A stretch of 33,653 nucleotides of DNA from an uncultured Ignavibacteriaceae bacterium (GTDB lineage: Bacteria; Bacteroidota; Ignavibacteria; Ignavibacteriales; Ignavibacteriaceae). Made by a program: the position numbers and the translations under genes. Shown in pieces: positions 1-10,668 of this stretch (position 1 is its first letter; each line of letters begins with the position of its first letter). Below the pieces are notes generated by a model. It ran no database searches, had not been told where the DNA came from, and was given only the letters and a program-made list of their open reading frames with translations. Location: assembly GCA_964400245.1 (NCBI GenBank), contig CAYNUV010000001.1, forward strand, positions 1-33,653. The letters are read 5' to 3'.

Positions 1-314
1 AACAGGAAGAAGAAGCTGCTCTGTCTTTGGGTGCAAACGGATGGCAAATATTTTTTAAAGTTACTCTACCAAATATTAAATGGGCACTTCTTTACGGGTT
101 AATCCTATGCAACGCCAGGGCTATGGGAGAATTCGGCGCAGTATCTGTTGTATCAGGACATATTCGCGGTTATACTAATACGATGCCTCTTCATATAGAA
201 ATTCTTTATAATGAATATAATTTTTCTGCAGCTTTTGCTGTCGCAACATTATTAACTCTCTTAGCAATAGTTACTTTGTTTCTTAAAACTTTAATTAGCT
301 GGAAATTCAAATAA
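1..314 (+). CDS. cysW: Sulfate ABC transporter permease CysW, C-terminal part (gene starts upstream of the window)
   Basis: Frame 3 is open from the window edge ([32 protein letters not shown]...[11 protein letters not shown]), matching the EAA-loop region and last TM helices of CysT/CysW-type permeases. cysA follows 18 nt later. Confidence 0.8.
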   Translation, partial: QEEEAALSLGANGWQIFFKVTLPNIKWALLYGLILCNARAMGEFGAVSVVSGHIRGYTNTMPLHIEILYNEYNFSAAFAVATLLTLLAIVTLFLKTLISWKFK

Positions 315-332
315 TATTATACCGCTAGAATC

Positions 333-1352
333 ATGAGTATAAAAATTGAAAATATAACTAAGGTGTATGGCAACTACCGTGCTTTGAGAGGAATTAATCT
401 AGAGATTGAAAAAGGAGAACTCATTGCTTTATTAGGACCATCAGGTTGCGGCAAGACTACTCTCTTGAGAATTATTGCTGGACTTGAAATACCCGATACC
501 GGTAACATTTTTCTTTTTAATGAAGATATGACAAATAAAACTGTTAGAGAAAGAAATGTTGGTTTTGTATTTCAGCATTACGCTTTGTTTAAGCACATGA
601 ATGTTTTTAAAAATATATCTTTCGGTTTGAAAGTTAAACCGCGAAAATTAAGACCTTCAAGAGATGAAATAGAAAACAAAGTCTCATCTGTGATTAATCT
701 CGTTCAGCTTGAATGGGCTGCTAAAAGGTATCCATCCCAATTATCCGGTGGTGAAAGACAAAGAGTTGCTTTAGCGCGTGCTCTTGCAATTGAACCCAAA
801 GTGTTGCTCCTCGATGAACCATTTGGTGCTCTTGATGCCAAAGTAAGAAGAGAGCTGAGAAGATGGTTAAGACATTTGCATCATGAACTTCAAATAACAA
901 GCATATTTGTAACACACGATCAGGAAGAAGCGCTTGAAGTTGCTGATAAAGTTGTTGTAATGAATAAAGGAAAAATAGAACAGGTCGGCACACCAATGGA
1001 GATTTACGAAAAACCTGCCAATGCTTTTGTTTATAATTTTTTAGGTAATGTAAACCAATTTTCTTCAGAAGATTCTTTTGTTTCGAATAATTCTTTTAGC
1101 GATGATTCATCCGGAGTTGAGTTTGTAAGACCTCATAATATTAAAATTGTTAAAGAAGGAATTAATTCAGAATTTGCCCCTGCAGTTGTTACGCATATTT
1201 TTAAATTTGGCGCTTCTGTGCGGATAGAACTAAAACATGCTGAATCAAAAAAATTTATTGATGCCGCAATTACTAATGAAGAATATGAAAATTTAAGAAT
1301 TAAGGTGGGAGATGAAGTTTATTTCGCAATAGAAAAATCCAAAGTTTTTTAA
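333..1352 (+). CDS. cysA: Sulfate/thiosulfate ABC transporter ATP-binding protein CysA
   Basis: Walker [13 protein letters not shown] signature [15 protein letters not shown], Walker [13 protein letters not shown]-loop VTHDQ, and a C-terminal regulatory (TOBE-like) domain. Sits immediately after the permease gene. Confidence 0.9.
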   Translation: MSIKIENITKVYGNYRALRGINLEIEKGELIALLGPSGCGKTTLLRIIAGLEIPDTGNIFLFNEDMTNKTVRERNVGFVFQHYALFKHMNVFKNISFGLKVKPRKLRPSRDEIENKVSSVINLVQLEWAAKRYPSQLSGGERQRVALARALAIEPKVLLLDEPFGALDAKVRRELRRWLRHLHHELQITSIFVTHDQEEALEVADKVVVMNKGKIEQVGTPMEIYEKPANAFVYNFLGNVNQFSSEDSFVSNNSFSDDSSGVEFVRPHNIKIVKEGINSEFAPAVVTHIFKFGASVRIELKHAESKKFIDAAITNEEYENLRIKVGDEVYFAIEKSKVF

Positions 1353-1356
1353 TTAA

Positions 1357-1385
1357 GTGAACCTCACCTTGAAGGTGAGGTTCAC
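1357..1385. terminator. 12-bp perfect hairpin between convergent cysA and the S8 peptidase gene
   Basis: GTGAACCTCACC-ttgaa-GGTGAGGTTCAC lies in the 42-nt gap between two convergent stop codons. There is no clean U-tract on either side, so its terminator function is inferred from position and stem strength. Confidence 0.5.
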
Positions 1386-1394
1386 ATTTAACCT

Positions 1395-4300
1395 TTACTT
1401 CACCAGCAACATTTTCTTAGAATCAACAAAAGTTTTTGTTTCTCCTTTTGCTTTTATCTGGTAAATATATGTTCCTGATGGAAGTGATGATGCATCAAAA
1501 GAAACCTTCTGATAACCTGCTTCTTTTGTATTGTTAACTAATGTTCTTACCATTTCTCCCAATGAATTAAAAATATCTATCTTTACCTCTGCATTCTCAG
1601 GCAAAGAATATTCTATCGTTGTCATCGGGTTAAATGGATTCGGATAATTCTGCTTTAAAGTATATTCTTCCGGCGTTGATACATCCGCTTCTATTTCATC
1701 ACTATATTCAAATGTTCCATCATAGTCTATCTGTTTCAGTCTATAAATATGTATACCTACCTGTATATTTGTTTCTGTAAAGATATAGTTTTGTCTTTCT
1801 GTTGTATTTCCTTTTCCTTCAATGAATCCAACACTTTTCCATTTTCCATCCTTTTTCTCAATAGCAAATCCCTGGTTATTCACCTCTGTTGCTGTTGTCC
1901 ACTTAAGTGTTACACTGTTCTTCTCTGTTTCTGCAGAAAATGAGGTTAACTCAACTGGTATTGGTTCAATTACCATTGTTACAGGAATTGTTATGATTGG
2001 GTTAACAGGATCGTTAATGTTTATCACCAAATCCATTGAGTAGTTACCTAAGGGAAAGTCCTCTGCTCTGAACTCAAGCCCTATATCAATTGAGTTGTCG
2101 TTGTAGAGCCTTCCACTTAATGGTAAAGCTTCAAGCCAGTCAGGTTCGGCTGAAAACTGAAGTGCTAATCCGTTCTGGACATATGCTGCGTCATTAACTA
2201 CCTGAAGTCCTATAGCTCCATTATTATTTTCTATGCCGACTGTTGCACTTGTTAAAGTTGCGTTCATATTGTTATAGTAAACAAATATTTTCCCTGATGA
2301 ATAAAACACGGTCTGAAAAGTTAGTGAGCCAGTACCCGAATATTTTTGCCAGTTGGTAAACTGTACAATAAACCGATTCCCCTCCTGCTTGTAATGTACC
2401 GTTCCCTGTGTTCTTCCGTCAAGATCATCCCAGAATGGTGCTATAAATTCATTTGGTACCGCAGAGTTGGGAATTGGATCATTTACATATGTATCTTCAT
2501 TTATTATGCTAAGCATAAGAAAACCATTTGAACTGACGTATACCTGTGTCTTGGTGTTTCCATAAAACTTGAAATTAAATCCAAGTGGGAATGGTCCCGC
2601 GTAACCTTCATCCTCTGGATCAAATGTTCCTGTAGGTATCCAATTAGTAACTTCGATACCAGATGAAGTTATATCTTCCCAAACATATTGTGGCCCATTT
2701 GGTTCGTTACTGTCAATCCAGCTATAACCAAAAGCATCCGGTCCTCCAGCTCCTTCTATACTCTGCCCATAAGTTACTATTGGATTATCCTTATCTGTAC
2801 TTAATTCTTCTATATTGTTATTCCTTGGGTTTTGGATAAGCCGTATCATACCTTCCGGGAAGGTATTGTTCTCAAGTGTAATTTCATAATCCAGTGTTGA
2901 GTTGCCTGAAGATGTGTTTGAAAGTGTTATTGTATCATTGACTGTTGTATTGTTAGTAAGATTTTGATTTATACTTATAGGATCAACAAATGCTATTGGG
3001 GCGCCGTAAGTTGTACCCGCACCATTATTTGAAATTGCCGATATATTATTCCATAAATCCCTGGATCTTAATACAAAATAGTAAGTTGTATTAAAATCCA
3101 AGCCATCAATTAATAAAGTTTCTATTGAACCGGAAGTCCCGGGTGTTCCTGGAAATGCTAACTGCTGTGCATTATAAAAAGAAGCAGAATCATTTATCGG
3201 TGTTAATGACATTCTTATATCATAACCTACAACTCCGTGCTGTGTTGTATCAAGAGGTGCTGTCCACATTAACATTAAAGAACTTGAAGTAGTGTCAATT
3301 GTTGAGAGATTTGAAACTGTTGTTGGGGGAACTGTATCTGCCGGTGAAAGAAGCGGCAGTATAGCATTAAAAATATTCAATCTTCCTCCGGTTACTGTAA
3401 CTCCCTGCAGAGAAGCAATCGGATCGGTTCCTGCAAAAAGAAAATCTCTGAAAGTAATAGCTCCCTGTGAAGGATTTTGTTTATACGATTGTATTAAACC
3501 TGAATTAGCAGCAGCAAACATTAAAGCAATAGAACCGGTAACCGTAGGTGTCGCCATAGAAGTTCCGGTTAATTCACTATAACTATTACCAGGAGTAGTA
3601 TTCAAAATATTTGTCCCGGTGCACCAAGATCAATCGTTGTTAAACCATAAGCAGCGCCGCCGTTTTTAACATCATTGTGTGTAGTATTAGTTACTGAAAT
3701 TAACCAGGGACTTGGACATCCGGTTGGAATATCTCCAACAACATCAATATCTACATTATTGTTAGCTGTTGCTCCACAACTTAACACTCCCTGGACACCA
3801 AGCGAATCATAAATAGCACACCACAATGGAAAATTTGCTGGTTGTCCGAAGTCTACACCAAACGATGCATTAGTTGAAACTACAAAAGCTCCTTGTGTTC
3901 CGTTTGTTTCATTATATCTGGAACGCATCTCATGCACATAACCGTAAGCTGTTATAACAGTTGCCTCATCACCTGAAGCTCCTGCTATAGGCATTGTTTT
4001 AACATTCCAGTTAACCCCGCTTACACCAAGATTATTATTTCCTCTGGCACCTGAAATACCTGAAACGTGGGTCCCATGAAAATCACTCGAAACATTTCCA
4101 TTATTATTATATGCATTCCAACCACGGTGGTCATCTATATAACCATTGCTATCATCATCTATTCCATTATTCGGAATCTCTGCCCAGTTAATCCAATAGC
4201 TCAAATCCTGATGATTTAAATCGCATCCTCCATCAATTATTGCAACAACTATTGTATCCCCTAAAGCAGTTAATCCACCTGTCGTAAAATCCCATGCTTC

Positions 4301-4755
4301 CGGTGCATCAATATCGGCATCATTTAGACCGCCTGTTTGTCCTGTATTATTTAAAGCCCATTGTTCATTAAAACGAGTATCATTGGGAGTGGTACTCCTA
4401 TCTGTTAATGGAACATTAAATTCTTTATAAGCAACACCTTCTCTTAATTCAACATAATGATTAAATTGCACTTCCTTAACAGCAGAATTACTTTTCACCT
4501 GGTTTAATATTTCAAGATCACTAACACGATCCGGATTATATTTTATCAACCATATATTCATCCGGCGGGAAAGTAGTTGGTGTGTTTCTATTTCGTACTG
4601 GCTGAAAGAATTCTGAAATGCTTCAATATTTGCTTCAGGTCTGAATTGAACAAGAAGTTCACCCCTTACAATATTTCTTTCATAGGCATAATATTTTGTG
4701 AAATTATTATTATTACAGATAAAACAAGAATGGCTATAGTAAATATTTTTTTCAT
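1395..4755 (-). pseudogene. S8 (subtilisin-family) serine peptidase with FN3-like repeats and a T9SS C-terminal sorting domain; reading frame broken twice as sequenced
   Basis: Three collinear minus-strand pieces. (1) 4755..4666 encodes the signal peptide MKKIFTIAILVLSVIIIISQN. (2) The frame of ORF 3602..4561, open upstream to about 4690, encodes the propeptide YAYERNIVRGELLVQF plus catalytic Asp (VAIIDGG) and His (HGTHVSG). (3) ORF 1395..3605 begins inside ..NILNTTPGNSYSELTGTSMATP (catalytic Ser) and ends with a Por/T9SS CTD (NYPNPFNP...YIYQIKA...KKMLLVK). The catalytic triad is therefore split across frames. Confidence 0.85.
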
Positions 4756-4889
4756 AATGACTTTAGTTTATTTGAAGAGAAGTTTAAAAAGTTCTGTGAA
4801 AATAAGAATTTTTTCTGTTTATGACATATAATCTTTTAGAAAAAGAAATTTATTTTTTACTTTAGAGTTATTAAAATTATTATGAAGCT

Positions 4890-5699
4890 ATGATTAAAAA
4901 AATATTTGTTTCAATTTCATTTCTATTATCATTAAATAGTTTTGCCCAGGATTCATTAACTACAAATACTTCTATCACAGAAAATTTTATAAATGATACA
5001 GAAACAATCGCAAAAGATTTTTTTTCTTTCTATACAGAACCGTTAGATTTTTCTTCAACCGAATGGCTGTATGCTGCGGGAATTATCGGCGGGACTTTCC
5101 TTCTATTTTCTGTTGACCAGGAAATAACAAATGAAGTAGGACGGGAAACTATTAATACACTTAACAATGATTTTGGGGATATACCTACTCGTTACGGAAT
5201 TACTCCTTATGCAACAGTTTTTTCATTAAGCACTTATGTAACTGGTTTACTCATTAAACATGATGATATACGGATAACAGGGAGATTGTTGTGCGAAAGT
5301 CTTTTAATTTCCGGCGGAGGAATAATGCTAGTAAGATTTTTAACAGGAAGAATCCGCCCTTATTACAAAAAAGGCGAATGGGCATTTACTGGTTTCCAAT
5401 CAAGTAATGAGTATCAATCATTTCCTTCGGGGCATACAAGTGTCGCATTTGCTTTGTCAACTGTACTTGCAGAAAGAATTGATTCTTTCTGGGCAAAATT
5501 GGGTTTTTACGGTATGGCAATTCTAACCGCTACTGCAAGAGTTATTAATAATCAGCATTTCTTATCTGATGTTATTTGGGGTGCGCTGCTGGGATTTGGT
5601 GCTGGAATGTACGTGGTAAGTAAAGAAGATGAGTCACAGAAAAATAAATTTTCTATCCAACCATATCTTAATGGAGTATGTATTGTCTATTCTTTTTAA
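4890..5699 (+). CDS. PAP2-family (acid phosphatase / lipid phosphate phosphatase) membrane protein
   Basis: All three PAP2 motifs are present: RFLTGRIRP (KxxxxxxRP-like), SFPSGHTS (PSGH) and TARVINNQHFLSDV (SRxxxxxHxxxD). Has an N-terminal signal and several TM helices. Confidence 0.85.
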   Translation: MIKKIFVSISFLLSLNSFAQDSLTTNTSITENFINDTETIAKDFFSFYTEPLDFSSTEWLYAAGIIGGTFLLFSVDQEITNEVGRETINTLNNDFGDIPTRYGITPYATVFSLSTYVTGLLIKHDDIRITGRLLCESLLISGGGIMLVRFLTGRIRPYYKKGEWAFTGFQSSNEYQSFPSGHTSVAFALSTVLAERIDSFWAKLGFYGMAILTATARVINNQHFLSDVIWGALLGFGAGMYVVSKEDESQKNKFSIQPYLNGVCIVYSF

Positions 5700-5771
5700 A
5701 AAAGGAGTCCGACTACTGGAGTAATGGAGTTTTGTTTTGATTATCCAACCTTTTCATTATTCCTCATAGAA

Positions 5772-6452
5772 TTATTTGTTCACCAGCTTTTTATCCAATA
5801 AAGAAATCTTACTATCTATCTCCGCTTTTTCGTTACCAGATAATTTTAAACCTTTTATTGAAACAAACTCATCATAAGCTTCTTCATATAATCCAAGCTC
5901 GTAAAGGATATCGGCAAAATAAATCCTGTCGTGAGAAATTTCATTTGTCTGGGGATATTTTCTGAAAATTTCTTTCGCTGTTACAACCGCTGATTCTTTA
6001 AATCCACTTTCCGCAAGCTGAACAGCACCATTAATTTTTTTCAATCCAAAATCATCTGATTGAACCATCTCATTAACCTTGCCCGTTTCTTTTGGTCCAT
6101 AAACTGCTGTGGTTTTGCCGTTACTGTTTTCTTTTTTTCTCGGAGCATCAATCATATCTTCCATAGCAAGTGCAAGAAGTAATTCATCAAGAGTCATTTT
6201 CTTTATGCTGGAGATTGAAAGAGCAGATGATTCTTTTAAAGTAAAATTCATCCCTTCACCGGAAATCTTTACAGAAGATTTTTTCTCTGAAACAAGAATT
6301 GAATTTGGTGATAGAATAGTTCCATCTTTAACTTCAATCCATTTATCATTTGAGTCCAGAGTTTTTACTGTCCCGGTTACTTTTTCAACTTTGTATGATT
6401 GAGCAAAAGTTAATCCGGCTGCAATCATTATTAATAAAATCATATATTTCAT
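5772..6452 (-). CDS. Secreted hypothetical protein, FecR-like beta domain plus TPR-like C-terminus
   Basis: Signal peptide MKYMILLIMIAAGLTFAQ. The segment WIEVKDGTILSPNSILVSEKKSSVKISGEG resembles FecR-type domains, and the C-terminal helical repeat (YFADILYELGLYEEAYDEF) is TPR-like. Starts 11 nt downstream of the preceding gene. Confidence 0.55.
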   Translation of the reverse strand: MKYMILLIMIAAGLTFAQSYKVEKVTGTVKTLDSNDKWIEVKDGTILSPNSILVSEKKSSVKISGEGMNFTLKESSALSISSIKKMTLDELLLALAMEDMIDAPRKKENSNGKTTAVYGPKETGKVNEMVQSDDFGLKKINGAVQLAESGFKESAVVTAKEIFRKYPQTNEISHDRIYFADILYELGLYEEAYDEFVSIKGLKLSGNEKAEIDSKISLLDKKLVNK

Positions 6453-6463
6453 TTTTAACCTCT

Positions 6464-8452
6464 TTAGTAAATATCTATTATTTCAACTGTACGTTTTGCA
6501 ATTCCCAATTCCTGAATTGCTTCACGATTAAATTTTTCAACTCCAATATTCCATGCTGTGTTAAAATCATTCAAAGAAGTTGTTTCGACAGGAATCCAGA
6601 TTTCATCCTGACCGGTTTCATTTTTTCTTATAAAATATTTTGTGTCATTCTCTGTTATCAGATAAGCTTCACCAGGTTTTAACCTCGTATTTACCAGAAC
6701 ATTTACGTGCCTTAACCCTTCAACCGCTTTATAATCAACAAGAGCAGTTTCTATTCCAACACTTTCAAGTAATGAACTGAACAAAACTGAAAGATCATCA
6801 CAATCTCCGCCTTTTATTTTTATTGTCTCACTCGGGAATTGCACATATTCCGCCGATACTCTCGGATCAGAAGCATAAATCAGATTCTTAATAACCTCGT
6901 TAAATAAGATTTTTGTTTGGTAAAAATCTTCAAGATTAATCTGCAATGAATCCAATTCAATTTTATAGTTGCTTAAAATTTCTTTTGCATAATTCAAAGA
7001 GAAGTTTAAATCCTTCTTGATAAAATATTTCAGGTTGGAAACATTTCCATCCCACGAATTACTACCGTTAACCAGAACAGCTTTTTGAACCTCGTCGTCC
7101 GGTTCATCGCCCGAAACAGAAACATAAAAATCAGCATAAGATATTTCCGGTTTACTTTTTTTGTAGGAATCCGGTATTAATGTAAAAAACTCTACTTCAA
7201 TTGTATCGCTACCGGAGATTATTATTTCGGGTGATTGAATATTAACCGGGTTTATTCCTTCGATACGGGAATATGGCTTTACTGAAACAGGTTCCTTTGT
7301 GAGATTAACTACTTTACCAACTGCAAATGGAGAATCAAGATAAAGCTCTGAAAGAGTCGGATAAATTTCATTTATAATTTCAACATCCAGCAGCTCAACA
7401 GATTGAATTTTTATTGTGTTAAGTGTGAAAGTAAAAGTAAGAACGGCTTTATCAAAACTGTATTTGTTATTAAGAATATTTGTTAAACCTTCTTCATTGA
7501 ATTCTGAAAAAGTATGAGTAACATTTCTGTCTGAAAAATATTTTACTCCGGATAACGTAATTCCGAAAAGATCATTTGAATAAGATATTGCTGGAATAAT
7601 CCCGGCAAAAAACGGAGTTTGAAACTTATCATGAAAAGCAGTTAGACCGATTCCAAAATTCTGATTGCCGAAATTAAAATAAGTATTAAATCCTGTTTGA
7701 AGAGATTTGTTTGTCTCGTAGATAAAATTTAGTTCAAGTGCATTTACAGGAGAATAAGAAATTCCAAACTGTGCAGCTTTATTTTTTTTTAATGAATAAG
7801 GTTCGTTGCCGGGCGAAAGTTCCGTTTCTCCAAAAGCAAAAAGATTAATTGATCCGGCTGAAAGAAAAACTTCTTCAACAGGTGAATAATTAATTCCAAT
7901 ATCTGCTTTCCAAAAATTACCTGTTTCAGTTTCACTATTGCTTATTACATAATTTGTATCTCCGAAAACAGGAAGGAGTGATTCAGTTTTAAATTCCTGT
8001 GTGAAATATCTTAAGGAAAAACCTGTATTTAATTTTTCTGATATTCTATATGAATACCCAAGCCCAAATAATTCTTTATAACTGAATTGTGAATTCAAAG
8101 ATTGTGTTGAAGAGTCTTCAAAAAATATAGTCTCACCGGTTCCGAAAATAAAATCTTTCTGATAACCCGGTGTATATCGCAGAGAAATAAAATGATTTGA
8201 AATTCTTTTTGAAAGTGAAAGCAAATAAATATTAGAATTTACTTCATCACTGAATTCACCGCCATAAGACAATGATAATCCCCAATCATTAAGGAAAGAA
8301 TAATTTGAAGGATTAATTTCAAAGCCGTTCAACAATGTAGTTGATTTGGAATTTAAACCCCGGTTTCCCGTCAACTCAAAAGAACTTTGAGCAAATATTT
8401 CTGCTTTAAAAATCATTATCATATAAAAATAAATTAGTAGTTTTTTACTCAA
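6464..8452 (-). CDS. Hypothetical outer-membrane protein: N-terminal beta-barrel-like half fused to a transglutaminase-like (Cys-protease fold) domain
   Basis: Has a signal peptide. Roughly 340 aa show alternating aromatic/Gly/Ser beta-strand patterns (GLGYSYRISEKLNTGFSLRYF, FGISYSPVNALELNFIYE). The C-terminus carries GGDCDDLSVLFSSLLESVGIETALVDY...HVNVLVN...IWIPVETT, resembling the Cys/His/acidic core of transglutaminase-like proteins. Its start overlaps the upstream gene by 4 nt. Confidence 0.6.
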   Translation of the reverse strand: MSKKLLIYFYMIMIFKAEIFAQSSFELTGNRGLNSKSTTLLNGFEINPSNYSFLNDWGLSLSYGGEFSDEVNSNIYLLSLSKRISNHFISLRYTPGYQKDFIFGTGETIFFEDSSTQSLNSQFSYKELFGLGYSYRISEKLNTGFSLRYFTQEFKTESLLPVFGDTNYVISNSETETGNFWKADIGINYSPVEEVFLSAGSINLFAFGETELSPGNEPYSLKKNKAAQFGISYSPVNALELNFIYETNKSLQTGFNTYFNFGNQNFGIGLTAFHDKFQTPFFAGIIPAISYSNDLFGITLSGVKYFSDRNVTHTFSEFNEEGLTNILNNKYSFDKAVLTFTFTLNTIKIQSVELLDVEIINEIYPTLSELYLDSPFAVGKVVNLTKEPVSVKPYSRIEGINPVNIQSPEIIISGSDTIEVEFFTLIPDSYKKSKPEISYADFYVSVSGDEPDDEVQKAVLVNGSNSWDGNVSNLKYFIKKDLNFSLNYAKEILSNYKIELDSLQINLEDFYQTKILFNEVIKNLIYASDPRVSAEYVQFPSETIKIKGGDCDDLSVLFSSLLESVGIETALVDYKAVEGLRHVNVLVNTRLKPGEAYLITENDTKYFIRKNETGQDEIWIPVETTSLNDFNTAWNIGVEKFNREAIQELGIAKRTVEIIDIY

Positions 8453-9354
8453 GGAATATTTATTACCAAGCTGTGAATACTTTGCGATAATATATAAAGA
8501 TCGTTGTCATTGCCTTCGTTATAAAAGTCAATCTTCCTGACCAGACTAAACACAACCTTATCAAACCACGATGGTATTCGGTTAATCAGATTGGGAGGAA
8601 TTACTAATTCACCATCATCATTTGTCTTTAACCTGAATAAAGGAAATACTATGCGGCTGCTGTCTACAGAAGCTCCAACTATAATTTCAAATTTGGGATG
8701 ATGTTCTCCATTCCATCTCAGAATAGCCTTTAATGTATTATCTCTCCTATTACCTTCGAACCTGACATTACCAGTTATTTCAGAAGGTGTTTGAATATCG
8801 AAACCAAATGAGTTTCCACCAAAGATTGGAAGCAAATCAAAATTAAATGCAACCGATGAATTGAATTGATAATTAAAATCTTGTCCCGGGAACAAACTAT
8901 TAAGAACATGCCTGAATCCGAGGTTTACTTCTTTTACAACATCCCCGTCTTTATAATTTATTGCATAACGGAAAAGTTTCGCCTCCACATCATTAAACTT
9001 TGCACTCCCAAGAACTCTTGTATGGTATGCAAGTAATTTTCCATTTCCGCGGTGTATAGGTCTGCTTCTGTCGAAGAAAATTGCCTGTGCAAATGCAGTA
9101 ATTATAGTTGTAGGGCCGCTTGTAATTTTTATCCCACTGATCGAAATAATATTTACAAATCTATTTAAATCTTCCACAACTCCGGAAGAGTCAGCTTTGT
9201 AAAATTCATCATTGGTATCCTTGGTTATTACTTCAACTTCAATTTGTTCCTCATCGTGTGTTAGTTCAGTCGGAGCTGGCTTATCGCACCCGTTTACAAT
9301 CAGAAAGCTGATAAAGATTATTATATATTTTGTAAAGAGTTTCATTTTGTTCAA
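8449..9354 (-). CDS. Hypothetical lipoprotein
   Basis: Signal peptide with lipobox-like LIVNGC. No family recognised. The stop overlaps the start of the downstream gene (8449-8452), which implies translational coupling. Confidence 0.6.
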   Translation of the reverse strand: MNKMKLFTKYIIIFISFLIVNGCDKPAPTELTHDEEQIEVEVITKDTNDEFYKADSSGVVEDLNRFVNIISISGIKITSGPTTIITAFAQAIFFDRSRPIHRGNGKLLAYHTRVLGSAKFNDVEAKLFRYAINYKDGDVVKEVNLGFRHVLNSLFPGQDFNYQFNSSVAFNFDLLPIFGGNSFGFDIQTPSEITGNVRFEGNRRDNTLKAILRWNGEHHPKFEIIVGASVDSSRIVFPLFRLKTNDDGELVIPPNLINRIPSWFDKVVFSLVRKIDFYNEGNDNDLYILSQSIHSLVINIP

Positions 9355-9391
9355 ACTTAATATTGATTGTTTATAATATCAATTCACACAA

Positions 9392-9433
9392 CAATAAAAA
9401 TTCTCCCCCGTCCTGTTTAAGGAAAGGGGAGAG
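9392..9433 (-). terminator. Possible intrinsic terminator after the 9448..10416 gene
   Basis: Minus-strand CTCCCC / GGGGAG stem (plus coordinates 9403-9408 and 9426-9431) followed by TTTTTATT. The loop is large (about 17 nt), so this is weak. Confidence 0.35.
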
Positions 9434-9447
9434 AGAAGAATTTTAAT

Positions 9448-10416
9448 TTACAGTCTTACAAAGTACGGTATTCCCCACATTGAGCTTTCAACCGGAGCAG
9501 CAGCATCAAATATTACATTTTTAGGGAATGCATTTACAACCGCATGAAAGAATCCCAGCCAGCCATGAGTTCTGAATGTTTGCTCATATACTTTTGAAAA
9601 TCCGCCTGAAACAGGTGTTGAAGAAACAAGTTCAAATTTTCTTTTCAATCTAACGCCGCCAAACTTATTTCTTCCGAAAGTTACAGTAACAAAGTCATCA
9701 GTTTCATATGCACTGAATATTTCCACTCTTACTATAACCGAATCATTCCTCGGAATAATTGGTATATCTCTCCACCACCATCCACGATGTCTAGATAAAT
9801 AATAATCATTTGGTGAATCTATAACAATCTCATCACCATCCGGTAAAAATATTGTGAGCTTAGTTATATCTATATTGGGAGATAAAACTCCACCTTCCGG
9901 TAATGATATCGCCACAAGTTTCCAGTTAAGGAATGGACGAGCTGTATTGGCTATCTTTACAAATATCAGGTTTCTCGTTACTGTGGCATTGAAAATTTTC
10001 TGAATGACAGTATCAGGAGTTGTTGCACCTGAATCATAAGAAGCTTCGATCAAAAGTACACCTTCATAAGTTTTTGTAAGTATGCCGTAAGCTGTATCTC
10101 CCTGGATATCTACTGTCAGGTTCCTGCTTACTAAATGTATTCTGTGTCCTACTCTTAATGGATAAATCTGAGCATGGATTTTTCCAAGACCGAGGTCCAT
10201 CAGGTCTTCTTCATTATATGCTTCATCAAATGAATCCAGTGAAGAATCTTCATCAGCTATTTTTTGCATTGCTTCCTGGTCGTTAGATGGTTCGGTGTCC
10301 TGGGGATCATTAACAGAATCCTGGCAACCGGCAATAAACAGAATTGAAAGTATGGTAATAACGCCTGAAAGTCGTCTTAGTAACCGGCGATCAAAAAAAG
10401 ATTTTAATATTTCCAT
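9448..10416 (-). CDS. Hypothetical lipoprotein
   Basis: Signal peptide with canonical lipobox LFIAGC, an acidic low-complexity linker, then a beta-rich body. No family recognised. Confidence 0.6.
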   Translation of the reverse strand: MEILKSFFDRRLLRRLSGVITILSILFIAGCQDSVNDPQDTEPSNDQEAMQKIADEDSSLDSFDEAYNEEDLMDLGLGKIHAQIYPLRVGHRIHLVSRNLTVDIQGDTAYGILTKTYEGVLLIEASYDSGATTPDTVIQKIFNATVTRNLIFVKIANTARPFLNWKLVAISLPEGGVLSPNIDITKLTIFLPDGDEIVIDSPNDYYLSRHRGWWWRDIPIIPRNDSVIVRVEIFSAYETDDFVTVTFGRNKFGGVRLKRKFELVSSTPVSGGFSKVYEQTFRTHGWLGFFHAVVNAFPKNVIFDAAAPVESSMWGIPYFVRL

Positions 10417-10668
10417 TTCAGTACTCCTTTATTTATTGTTATTAGTTATTTAGTTCTCTTCTCTTTGGGTTTTATCCTACAAAGATTTATGCCATAAAAC
10501 CAGTTAGAGCTAATCTCTTTTATTTCAAACATTTATAATTTTATCCCATTTTAATATATTGCATGAGGAATGAAGTGGTTTTGCATGGAATCACTATTCC
10601 AGTCAGTTTGTATTGCAACTAACAGCTTGATGGTCTAATATTTTCAATTAATATTTTCCGGAGGATTT

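Noticed and set aside
721-996. Track ORF antisense to cysA. The same class includes 6109..6402, 6350..6682, 14118..14315, 14455..14637, 15741..16028, 17363..17734, 18667..18912, 20682..20885, 24183..24371, 25550..25777, 25862..26053, 27196..27381, 27586..27783, 27823..28197, 29770..30006, 30383..30568 and 31961..32233.
   Set aside because: Each lies entirely inside a longer ORF that has clear family motifs, either on the opposite strand or in another frame. They have odd, low-complexity or Cys/Phe/Leu-rich composition and no RBS. These are typical shadow ORFs of AT-rich coding DNA.
1749-3582. Plus-strand ORFs 1749..1943, 1822..2043, 2346..2531 and 3292..3582 inside the S8 peptidase gene.
   Set aside because: They are antisense to a gene with catalytic and T9SS motifs, and their translations have no recognisable features.
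3614-3620. Programmed ribosomal frameshifting or phase variation as the explanation for the broken genes. This covers the sites 4694-4697, 21669-21672 and 31746-31748 as well.
   Set aside because: The runs are only 3-4 nt, too short for efficient slipped-strand phase variation. No slippery heptamer plus downstream structure is evident. Unrelated housekeeping-type genes are also affected, and always by the same -1 nt error. Sequencing or assembly error is the simpler explanation.
4577-4831. 84-aa plus-strand ORF in the apparent gap upstream of the S8 peptidase ORF.
   Set aside because: The minus strand here encodes the signal peptide and propeptide of the S8 peptidase once the homopolymer frameshift at 4694-4697 is taken into account. 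The plus-strand ORF is a shadow.
10559-10587. Direct repeat TTGCATG...N15...TTGCATG in the divergent promoter region upstream of mscL.
   Set aside because: It is only 7 nt and occurs twice in AT-rich intergenic DNA. That could be chance or overlapping -35-like boxes, which is not enough to call an operator.
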